In this document: positions 26,102 to 33,239 of the stretch, in pieces
Position numbering within the stretch: position 1 is the stretch's first letter
Layout of the letters: every line of letters begins with the position of its first letter
Assembly (NCBI GenBank): GCA_031289625.1
Contig: JAITPB010000118.1
Location: forward strand, 1-37,592
Reading direction: 5' to 3'
Origin: Clostridiales bacterium
GTDB lineage: Bacteria; Bacillota; Clostridia; Lachnospirales; WQUN01
Length of the DNA: 37,592 bases
Made by a program: the position numbers and the translations under genes
Notes under the pieces: generated by a model
What the model saw: the letters and a program-made list of their open reading frames with translations, nothing else
Database searches by the model: none
Told to the model about the DNA's origin: nothing

Positions 26102-26944
26102 CTAATCATTTTTCAGCAAATCGATTGCCCGTCTGCCCGCTCCCGGCTGATACGCGGCTTTGATCACCGCGCCTTCTGTAATGGCGGCGATTATCTTTTC
26201 CTGATGCGCAATCAAAAACACGCTGTACAAATCCCAGCGCAGTTCCTGCAGCATTGCAAGCAAAGACGTTTCACCATCGAACAGGAAACATTTGAACGTC
26301 CGTTTTTTAAGGGGGATGGATTCTAAACGCCGGGCGGTAAAATAACGGTAAAAATCCCATTGGAGGCGCAGCTTTTCCCGGCGGTTGTTTTGGATCAAAT
26401 ATACGCCAGCGCAGAAAAGGCTGATGTTATACGAGAACAGAACGGCTTGCACCAGCCCGGCGGCAATCAGCAGCCCGGCGAAAAAACGTGTCCATCGCGT
26501 CACAATCCGTCCGGCCCGCAGTACGCCCAGCCGTCTGCCCAGAATGATATGCCAAAACCGGCCCCCGTCCATCGGGTACGCGGGCAGAAGGTTAAAGAGA
26601 CAGAGCGCTAAATTCGCCGTGGCAAAATATCCCTGGCAGATCCCAAAAAGCAAAAAATTTACCAGCGGCCCCGCCAATACCACGGCTAACCTGGGAATCT
26701 CTGTGAGGCTTTCCATTTTTTCTATTTCAGCAATTTCGCCCAGCGGCGTTAAAACAAAACGCTTTACAGAGAGTTTAAAAAAGCGGCCCACCAGCACATG
26801 AGACAGCTCATGTATCGTGACCGCTAATAATACCAGCAAAAATTCTCGGCCGCGCCCCAAAGCGAAAGCCAATAGAATGACAGGCGGGAGGGTTGGATGT
26901 ATCTGTATTTTTACACGCGGCGTTTTTGTCCCGCTGACGCTCAT
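26102..26944 (-). CDS. spoIVFB: M50 site-2 metalloprotease, SpoIVFB-like
   Basis: 280 aa. HELSHVLVG (HExxH), NLLPAYPMDGG (NxxPxxxxDG). Overall layout, including a C-terminal CBS-like segment, parallels B. subtilis SpoIVFB. Confidence 0.78.
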   Translation of the reverse strand: MSVSGTKTPRVKIQIHPTLPPVILLAFALGRGREFLLVLLAVTIHELSHVLVGRFFKLSVKRFVLTPLGEIAEIEKMESLTEIPRLAVVLAGPLVNFLLFGICQGYFATANLALCLFNLLPAYPMDGGRFWHIILGRRLGVLRAGRIVTRWTRFFAGLLIAAGLVQAVLFSYNISLFCAGVYLIQNNRREKLRLQWDFYRYFTARRLESIPLKKRTFKCFLFDGETSLLAMLQELRWDLYSVFLIAHQEKIIAAITEGAVIKAAYQPGAGRRAIDLLKND

Positions 26945-27489
26945 AAGCCATCAAACCCCGCGCCGGATTCTATCTGCGTTAAAATGTCCTCGTCGATCCG
27001 GAAATCTGCGTCCGCGTCGCTCGAAGGCGCGTTTTGGACGGATATATCCATAAAGCCAGCGGACGATTGTCCGGACGATTGTCCGCCGGACGGTTGCCCG
27101 GACGATTGCCCGGACGATTGTTTATCGGACGATTCGCCGGACGTGAAAGCCTGGGCTGTGATGTCCTCCCATGCGCCTCCCAACAGGTTCCGCGCGGAAT
27201 CTCTCGCCTTTACCCAGGCTTGCTTCGCGTCTTCGGCTGTGGTCTGCGCGCGGATGGCCGAAAGAATAGATCCGGCGGCTTTACGCGTGAAAGAAGTATC
27301 CAACAGGCTGATCACCAAAACCGCCGCCATGATCAAACCGCAGACAATAAACTGCGAAATAAGCCGCTCGCTGAATTTAACCGCCTGTCCCGCGGGATTG
27401 GCCGTGCCTGTGGGCTGCCGGGTTTCGCGGCGTTCACGCGCCGTTTCGTCCCCAACCGGACGGGTTCGCCGATAATGAGATCTTTCCAA
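26941..27489 (-). CDS. Bitopic membrane protein in the SpoIVFA position (basic N-terminus, one TM, GQSS-repeat ectodomain; no LytM domain recognised)
   Basis: 182 aa. TTG start preceded by GGAGG plus 8 nt. ATGA overlap with the M50 gene. Confidence 0.6.
   Translation of the reverse strand: MERSHYRRTRPVGDETARERRETRQPTGTANPAGQAVKFSERLISQFIVCGLIMAAVLVISLLDTSFTRKAAGSILSAIRAQTTAEDAKQAWVKARDSARNLLGGAWEDITAQAFTSGESSDKQSSGQSSGQPSGGQSSGQSSAGFMDISVQNAPSSDADADFRIDEDILTQIESGAGFDGL
27059..27148. repeat. 12-nt tandem minisatellite CCGGACGATTGY, about 7 units (array 2)
   Basis: gcggacgattgt ccggacgattgt ccg ccggacggttgc ccggacgattgc ccggacgattgt ttatcggacgattcg ccggacgtgaaa; encodes SSGQSSGQPSGGQSSGQSS on the minus strand. 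Confidence 0.9.
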
Positions 27490-27806
27490 ATGAATCGCCT
27501 CCGTATGCTTTCGTTTTATTTTTTATGTATATGAGGCGAACCGTTGGAATTATGCCAGCAGAATGAACCCATTACTCTGGGATATGCTATATCTAAGCAA
27601 TCGCATTAGATAATTTTAATGGCTCATACTGTGTCAGGTACTCTGTGCCTTGGATCTGACCTTGATAGGGTGAACCAATCGTTTATGGAATGTTCTGCGC
27701 AAAAAATCCTCATAATATAAATACAGCCAAACCGGCGCATTGCCGTACGGAACGCTGCCGTCAACTAAACAGCTTGCCTCTTAATAGCAAAGAATAGGAG
27801 GAAAAT

Positions 27807-28028
27807 ATGCGCTTAAGAGATTCGCAAACTAAAAAACTGCTGGAATTCTCAGGGCAGATAAAACTAAAGCAGCTCGCCATGAATATGGCGCTGACGCGGC
27901 TTAAAGGGTTATACAAACAGAACCCGACGCCATCTACAATATCAAAATGTACATCCGATTTAAACGCCTTATTGCAAAAGTTCGCGTCTATTATGAAAGA
28001 CGACTATGAATGGATAGTCTCATTATAA
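27807..28028 (+). CDS. Small (73 aa) K-rich, probably all-helical hypothetical protein
   Basis: Strong SD (TAGGAGG plus 6 nt) before ATG 27807. AT-rich codon usage. 14 nt upstream of the next gene. Confidence 0.55.
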   Translation: MRLRDSQTKKLLEFSGQIKLKQLAMNMALTRLKGLYKQNPTPSTISKCTSDLNALLQKFASIMKDDYEWIVSL

Positions 28029-28042
28029 ACAGGAGGTATTGT

Positions 28043-29032
28043 ATGTTAAAAACGCTTGGATACAGGGCGGCGCTGAAATCATTTGAGGAAACATCCGAGA
28101 TCATTCATTCCCAAAAGGCTTTGAGTATTTCTGGAACAGAGACCTTGCTTCGCAAACTGCCCAAAGGCAATTGGATTGGCGGCTCTACCGAGTACTTTAT
28201 CGGAGAAGACGGCGGTGTCGTTACAGACGATAAATTTTTTGTGCAAGAACTGGATTTTGATACGGTTAAAATTAAAAGCTATGATGAAAAATCATTATCA
28301 GGCTTTACTGCCGACGCTTACGATAATGGTTTTGCCATTATTATACTGCCGTTTGACAGTGAAGTGCATAAATCATACGCCCGGCACGCGGCGGATTACA
28401 AAGACATATTTCTTAAAAGCGTAGTGGGCTGGATATCTGGAATTAATCTGGATAAAGCCGGCCAAACCCCGATAACGGTTAACGGCCTAACCGGTGAGGT
28501 TTACAATGACAAGGCTGTCGTGATGTTTGTCGACATCCCGGACGACCAGAATGTGCTGGTCAATATAATCAATATTTTTACACCTGATGAAAAGAGCCCG
28601 ATAATCACATTTGACGAAGAGGGATTTAAAGTCCGAAAATGCAATATCAATGGAAAACATGTCAATTTTATGGATTATATATCGGACAATAAATTAGATA
28701 CAAAACTGCCGCTCATAGGCGATTATTCCGGCGCCGGCATCAATATATCGATAAAAAACATGGAAAATGGTGAAGTGTCGCTATACGCGCCGGTATTTAA
28801 AGGCATCGAGTATCGATTCGCCAAGCCAATGCCAGACTACGAGGCGGCTTTCCGAAAAGAATTGCAGAATATTGAAAACAAAGATTCTGTGTTCGCCTGC
28901 AATTGTATATTGAATTTCCTGTACGGAGACTTGGAGGGTAAAAAAATAAACGGCTTATATGGCCCCATTACATTTGGGGAAATCGCTTGGCAGTTGGTGA
29001 ATCAGACGCTGGTATATTTGCGGATTGTATAG
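28043..29032 (+). CDS. FIST-like (FIST_N/FIST_C-type) sensor-domain protein, stand-alone (tentative)
   Basis: Track ORF 28010 trimmed to ATG 28043 (AGGAGG plus 6 nt). The C-terminus SVFACNCILNFLYGDLEG...GLYGPITFGEIAWQLVNQTLVYL resembles the FIST_C ending (CigR...GfytyGEi...hNqT). About 36-40% GC by hand count. Confidence 0.6.
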   Translation: MLKTLGYRAALKSFEETSEIIHSQKALSISGTETLLRKLPKGNWIGGSTEYFIGEDGGVVTDDKFFVQELDFDTVKIKSYDEKSLSGFTADAYDNGFAIIILPFDSEVHKSYARHAADYKDIFLKSVVGWISGINLDKAGQTPITVNGLTGEVYNDKAVVMFVDIPDDQNVLVNIINIFTPDEKSPIITFDEEGFKVRKCNINGKHVNFMDYISDNKLDTKLPLIGDYSGAGINISIKNMENGEVSLYAPVFKGIEYRFAKPMPDYEAAFRKELQNIENKDSVFACNCILNFLYGDLEGKKINGLYGPITFGEIAWQLVNQTLVYLRIV

Positions 29033-29056
29033 GGCGGGTTCAACTGCCCTTTTTTT
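29032..29056 (+). terminator. Rho-independent terminator of the two-gene cassette
   Basis: Stem GGGCGG / CTGCCC (one G-U pair) with 6-nt loop, followed by T7. Confidence 0.6.
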
Positions 29057-29130
29057 GTCCGCCAAGAATTTCAGGCCATAAGCAGACGATATTCCCTGAT
29101 GTAAGCTGTGTCACGCGCCAAAATAATTTA

Positions 29131-29186
29131 GGGGCGGCCGCCTGGCCGTCCGCGATCTGATCACGGGCGACCAGGGCGGCCGCCCC
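29131..29186 (-). terminator. Long GC-rich imperfect hairpin (probable terminator of the minus-strand SLH gene)
   Basis: GGGGCGGCCGCCTGGCCGTC ... GACCAGGGCGGCCGCCCC. Followed on the minus strand by TAAATTATTTT. Contains two GCGGCCGC sites. Confidence 0.5.
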
Positions 29187-29221
29187 GGCGTTGTTACGGC
29201 AAATCTAAATGTTCGTGGGTA

Positions 29222-30310
29222 TTAACTTATCAACGTTAATTCCCGCAAAGCAAAATCAAATTCATAATACTCGGGGCCGTCGTAATCGGAGTAACTGCCA
29301 TTCTCGTTTCTTATGTTCTTGCGCCTGAAAATCAGCTTCGTTCCGTCTTCCGAAACCCGAATGTCGGTAGGGTGAAAGTCATTGTTCACATACGGAGTGT
29401 GAAGTCCGTTCAAAAGATTGAGCCGTTCGCCACTTTTGTACAAAACCCACAACAACGCGGAGCCATTCGGAACACCAGTTTGCTCACCGTAAACTACAGT
29501 GCAGTCGGCGAGATCCAACCGAACATACACATGAAACAGCTCGGCGTTCATAACCGATTGCACAACGTCCTCAAACGTAATCAACGGCGCAAAGTTACCG
29601 TGCGCCCTGCTCACGGGCGCGTCGTTGAAGAGCCGCACGAACGTAGCCAAACTCTGTTCCCGCGTGTAGTACGCGTCGGGTTCAAAGCGGTTGCCGCCCA
29701 TTCCGCACATAATCCCATACCCGCGTAAAAACGACACCGCCGGCCGCGCCCACTCCGCTATAGCCTCAACATCGCTGTACTCCTCAACGTGAATCGCCGA
29801 ACTGCTCACATCCGTTTCCGCAAACGTATCATACACCTTGAACAGCATTTTAGCTGCTTCCTGCCGAGTAATGTACCCGTGAGGGTCAAATATCCCCTCG
29901 CCGCGCCCCTCGACTACTCCCAGTTCATGTGCCCAACGAACCAAAGTGTCATTCCAAGCGCTACCCTCCGTACTTTTTGTATCTGTAAACATAGAGGGCG
30001 GGGCATAGACAACTTCATTAAAATCGGCATACGAATACGCGTACAGAAAGTCGAGGGGCTCCATATTATGCTGCGCCGCTAAAAAATATATTGCAATTGC
30101 CGCGAACTCTGCTCTGGTAGTGCGTTCCTGATAGTCAGTTCCAAAATAAAAATATGGAGGTATTAGTTCAAGTAATTCAGCTTCCGCAACTTCCAAAGCC
30201 GCCCAATCGGAAACATCACCGTCCGCAGCTAACGCCACCACACAAAACTGCACACATAAAGTGATAACGAGAACAATTGCAATCATTTTTTTCATTTTTG
30301 TATGCTCCAT
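29222..30310 (-). CDS. Secreted SLH-domain protein with uncharacterised C-terminal domain
   Basis: 362 aa. Signal peptide MKKMIAIVLVITLCVQFCVVALA. SLH-like repeats (FTDTKSTEGSAWNDTLVRWAHELGVVEGRGEGIFDPHGYITRQEAA; YSDVEAIAEWARPAVSFLRGYGIMCGMGGNRFEP). Alternative start ATG 30295. Confidence 0.8.
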   Translation of the reverse strand: MEHTKMKKMIAIVLVITLCVQFCVVALAADGDVSDWAALEVAEAELLELIPPYFYFGTDYQERTTRAEFAAIAIYFLAAQHNMEPLDFLYAYSYADFNEVVYAPPSMFTDTKSTEGSAWNDTLVRWAHELGVVEGRGEGIFDPHGYITRQEAAKMLFKVYDTFAETDVSSSAIHVEEYSDVEAIAEWARPAVSFLRGYGIMCGMGGNRFEPDAYYTREQSLATFVRLFNDAPVSRAHGNFAPLITFEDVVQSVMNAELFHVYVRLDLADCTVVYGEQTGVPNGSALLWVLYKSGERLNLLNGLHTPYVNNDFHPTDIRVSEDGTKLIFRRKNIRNENGSYSDYDGPEYYEFDFALRELTLIS

Positions 30311-30444
30311 TATTCGGTGTATGCACGGTCATAGAAAATATCAATTGTATCCTGAGATGAACCAGTGGTCAAGGTACAACAATCGGAATTGTACCTGAGC
30401 GAATAATTTGTCACTCGTTTGAAACTCTTTGATGATTTACTCAT
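30310..30444 (-). CDS. Candidate 44-aa leader ORF (MSKSSKSFKRVTNYSLRYNSDCCTLTTGSSQDTIDIFYDRAYTE) coupled to the SLH gene
   Basis: Hand-translated. AGGAG plus 10 nt before ATG 30444. Its TAA overlaps ATG 30310 (TAATG). Not in the ORF track because it is under 60 aa. Confidence 0.25.
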   Translation of the reverse strand: MSKSSKSFKRVTNYSLRYNSDCCTLTTGSSQDTIDIFYDRAYTE

Positions 30445-30467
30445 AATTAAAAATCTCCTATTAAGGT

Positions 30468-30496
30468 AATATACAGCAGATTAAACAGTATGTCAA
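30468..30496 (-). promoter_or_regulatory. Strong sigma-A-type promoter candidate for the leader ORF / SLH gene
   Basis: Minus strand TTGACA (30496-30491), 17 nt, TATATT (30473-30468). Confidence 0.6.
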
Positions 30497-30629
30497 GAGA
30501 GAAATCGTAAATTCTTTAAAATTCCTACTTTCACTTTGTTGCTATATTATCTTCAAAAGTTCGTATTTACGCCATAGAAATCTCTATAACGCAAGGATTT
30601 GGGATTTTGAAAAGTCAAAAAGGGAAAAA

Positions 30630-30660
30630 CAAAAAAGCCCCGCTTTTGCCTTAGCGGGGC
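30630..30660 (-). terminator. Rho-independent terminator after the Rpn remnant
   Basis: Stem GCCCCGC / GCGGGGC (30637-30643 / 30654-30660), followed on the minus strand by T-rich TTTTTTGTTTTT. Confidence 0.7.
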
Positions 30661-30694
30661 CGGATACACCGATCATCCTTTGGGTTGGTTCTGT

Positions 30695-31088
30695 CTACAC
30701 CGTATAGACAATGCCTTGCTTGTTTAATTCGGCAATCACGTTATCTCGATATTGCGGATCGAGCTGCACGCTTTCCATTGCTTCTGCCAGAGAAGCGCGC
30801 CATTTTTTTATGATAATGACCGCAGCTTCTACAGCTTTCAGGTTACCTTCTTCTCTAACTTCTTCTCTGCCTTCTTCTCTGCCTTCTTCCCTGGCTTCCT
30901 CCATCCAAACTTTCCGAGCTTCTTCAATGTTAAATTCAGTCATAAGCATGTTATACGCCTCCGATCCATATTGCTTGAGGTATTCTTTCATAATTTATCG
31001 CGTTAAACAGCTCGATAACTCTTTTTGTGTCGTAGAAATAGCTGCTGAACAAAGAATCCTTGAACTTGCGGTTTGCGGGTATGATCAA
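30695..31088 (-). pseudogene. Rpn-family nuclease remnant with the nuclease core missing
   Basis: The 98-aa ORF 30695..30991 (…MLMTEFNIEEARKVWMEEAREEGREEGREEVREEG…AEAMESVQLDPQYRDNVIAELNKQGIVYTV) aligns with the C-terminus of the 13007..14053 protein. A hand-translated 45-codon ORF (31088..30951, different frame) reads IIPANRKFKDSLFSSYFYDTKRVIELFNAINYE, an Rpn-type N-terminus. Confidence 0.6.
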
Positions 31089-31110
31089 CGCCCCCTCTGA
31101 TTATAAATCC

Positions 31111-31139
31111 ATTATATACGAAAGCCCGAAATGGATCAA
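31111..31139 (-). promoter_or_regulatory. Intact sigma-A-type promoter in front of the Rpn remnant
   Basis: Minus strand TTGATC (31139-31134), 17 nt, TATAAT (31116-31111). Confidence 0.55.
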
Positions 31140-31185
31140 CACGGACGTGGCCTGACACAGCGAAAAATCCCCTATCAGCTGCATA

Positions 31186-31217
31186 TTGACAAGCCTCATA
31201 TAGATTGATATTCTATA
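31186..31217 (+). promoter_or_regulatory. padR promoter candidate with overlapping inverted repeat (possible PadR operator)
   Basis: TTGACA 31186-31191; TATTCT at 16-nt spacing; inverted repeat ATATAGA-N7-TCTATAT at 31197-31217. Confidence 0.45.
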
Positions 31218-31248
31218 TATCGAAAATCTATTACACAGGGGGCCACTT

Positions 31249-31584
31249 ATGAAGATCGACAAAGAGCTGCTGAAAGGGAGTACATCCATTCTCATTCTTT
31301 CCCTGCTGGAAGGGGAAGACATGTACGGGTATCAGATCGCGCGGACGCTTAAGGAAAAATCGGATCAGATATTTGACATGAAGGAAGGCACAATGTATCC
31401 AATGCTGCACGGATTGGAAGACCAAAAAGCGATCGAGTCCTATTGGCTGGATACTGGCAACAGGCGGCGAAGATATTACAAAATCACACAAGACGGCTTG
31501 AATCTGCTGCGGCATAAAAAAGATGAATGGCAAACGTTTACCAACGCGATCAACACGGTGATTGAATATTTTTCCCATGTATGA
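31249..31584 (+). CDS. padR: PadR-family transcriptional regulator
   Basis: 111 aa. LKGSTSILILSLLEGEDMYGYQIARTL...GTMYPMLHGLEDQKAIESYW...RRRYYKITQDG. Confidence 0.9.
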   Translation: MKIDKELLKGSTSILILSLLEGEDMYGYQIARTLKEKSDQIFDMKEGTMYPMLHGLEDQKAIESYWLDTGNRRRRYYKITQDGLNLLRHKKDEWQTFTNAINTVIEYFSHV

Positions 31585-31623
31585 AAAACGCGCGGCATTG
31601 TTTGCGAAAATATCCTTCCCCCG

Positions 31624-32283
31624 CTATCTCCTGAAATTTCGCTTCCACTGGGCCCGGCGATGCGCCTGCTGGATCCTGTTCCGCACAGGTTTACCGAAAA
31701 AGAGAGCCAAGTTGATCACGGACAGCAGCAGCGCGATTCTGTCCGGCCAGGTGCTGAAAACCAGTGAATAGACAAAGAACAGGACGTCCAGTAAAGCGAG
31801 GTATTTGACTTTCACCGGTAAAACGAAAAAGATTAGGATTTGAAAGTCTGGAAACAGAATCGCGAAGGCCAGGAACAGGGAGAGGTTGATGTAAACATTC
31901 GTCGCGTAGCCTGTGATCAAACCGGCCAGCATGGTTCCCAGCATCCCGCACAAATAATACAGGTTGAATTTATACGCGCCCCATTCGCGTTCCAGCGCCG
32001 AACCGACCATCCAATAAAAATACAGTGAAAAAAAGATAAACAGCAGACTGGCGCTGGGCGGCAAAAAGATAAAGCCGATCAGCCGCCAGATTTGCCCGTG
32101 CAGAATAGCCTGCCTGTCAAACATAAGCCAATACTGCAAGTTGATGGATAATCCTTGCGAGAGAAATAAATTCAACACGTAAACAGCGCCCATACCGATC
32201 ACAATGTACAGCATCAAATTGTGGATGGCGTATCTGCTGATTTTGCGCTCCAGAGACAGGAGCCAGAATTTTTTGCTTGCCAT
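31624..32283 (-). CDS. Polytopic membrane protein with rhomboid-like sequence features but no recognisable Ser/His dyad
   Basis: Track ORF trimmed to MASKKFW (ATG 32283). Has GQIWRLIGFIFLPP (rhomboid WR-type TM2 motif). Has YLCGMLGTMLAG where GxSGxxxG is expected. No His in the last TM segments. Confidence 0.55.
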   Translation of the reverse strand: MASKKFWLLSLERKISRYAIHNLMLYIVIGMGAVYVLNLFLSQGLSINLQYWLMFDRQAILHGQIWRLIGFIFLPPSASLLFIFFSLYFYWMVGSALEREWGAYKFNLYYLCGMLGTMLAGLITGYATNVYINLSLFLAFAILFPDFQILIFFVLPVKVKYLALLDVLFFVYSLVFSTWPDRIALLLSVINLALFFGKPVRNRIQQAHRRAQWKRNFRR

Positions 32284-32436
32284 GGCGCAACCTTCTTTTC
32301 TGATTTGATTCAAAAATTATACCGTAAAACTGCAGCCCCTTCAATACCCCGCAGACCCGTCTAGAAAAAAAACGTATATAACGTATATTATACTAAATTA
32401 CTAAAATAAACGAATGAAATGAAAGGAGAAAAGGGT

Positions 32437-32622
32437 ATGTGGAGTACTTTAATCATTCTCATTGTGTTCGCTTCCGTGATCTCCATCATTAAGATGGGAT
32501 TGAGACACGCGGAGAATATCGAGCGCATCAAACACGGCTATCCCACCCTTGACGACAAAGCGCCGATGGATTTGCGGCATAAATCTCACGGGGAGAGCGG
32601 TCATGATGAGCGGTTGCAATAA
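32437..32622 (+). CDS. Small (61 aa) single-TM protein
   Basis: AAAGGAG plus about 9 nt before ATG 32437. MWSTLIILIVFASVISIIKMG then a charged tail. The 3' end overlaps the cobO-like start by 20 nt. Confidence 0.35.
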   Translation: MWSTLIILIVFASVISIIKMGLRHAENIERIKHGYPTLDDKAPMDLRHKSHGESGHDERLQ

Positions 32623-33187
32623 CGATAACGCGGCGGTTCCGCCGGCGGCCTCGCCGCCAGGGGCTGGCCTGGTTCACGTTTACATTGGAGACGGCAAAGG
32701 CAAGACTACGGCGGCCATCGGCCTCGCCGTCCGCAGCCTGGGCCGGGGGCGCGCCGTGGCGGTGGCGCAGTTTTTGAAAAGCGGCGGCAGCGGCGAGATC
32801 AGCCTGCTTCGGAAATTGGATCTGCCTATCCAAATCTTTACGGATAAAAGCCTCAACAAATTTTCATTTAATATGAACGCGGAGGAAAAAGAAGCCTGCC
32901 GGGCTTGCCATATGACGCTGTTTCGCCAGGCGGCGGAGCATTGCGAAAGCGGCCGCGTGGATTTGCTCGTGCTGGATGAAATTTTGAATGCGATTCAAAC
33001 AGAACTGTTTCCGGAAAAAGATTTGATCGCGTTTCTCAGCCGCCGGCCGGCCAACCTGGAAGTTGTGCTGACCGGCAGGCAAGTTTCGGACGCGGTCGCG
33101 GCGCTGGCGGATTACGTCACGAACCTCCAAAAAATCAAACACCCGTATGATCGGGGCGTATCCGCGCGCATCGGGATAGAAATGTGA
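32603..33187 (+). CDS. cobO: Cob(I)yrinic acid a,c-diamide (corrinoid) adenosyltransferase, CobO/BtuR type
   Basis: Track ORF trimmed to ATG 32603. VYIGDGKGKTTAAIGLAVRSLGRG, LLVLDEI, KHPYDRGVSARIGIE. Confidence 0.88.
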   Translation: MMSGCNNDNAAVPPAASPPGAGLVHVYIGDGKGKTTAAIGLAVRSLGRGRAVAVAQFLKSGGSGEISLLRKLDLPIQIFTDKSLNKFSFNMNAEEKEACRACHMTLFRQAAEHCESGRVDLLVLDEILNAIQTELFPEKDLIAFLSRRPANLEVVLTGRQVSDAVAALADYVTNLQKIKHPYDRGVSARIGIEM

Positions 33188-33194
33188 AATGTGC

Positions 33195-33239
33195 AAAAAG
33201 ACCATGAAACTGAGTTTTCTCATGATTCATGGTCTTTTT
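33195..33239. terminator. Bidirectional terminator hairpin between cobO-like and glycosyltransferase genes
   Basis: Perfect 14-nt inverted repeat AAAAAGACCATGAA / TTCATGGTCTTTTT (33195-33208 / 33226-33239). Overlaps the last codons of the minus-strand gene. Confidence 0.6.

Noticed and set aside
31562-31771. 69-aa ORF overlapping the end of padR, in the position where PadR operons often carry a membrane-protein gene
   Set aside because: Most of it lies antisense to the well-formed polytopic membrane protein gene (31624..32283). Its translation is Arg/Cys-rich and non-hydrophobic.
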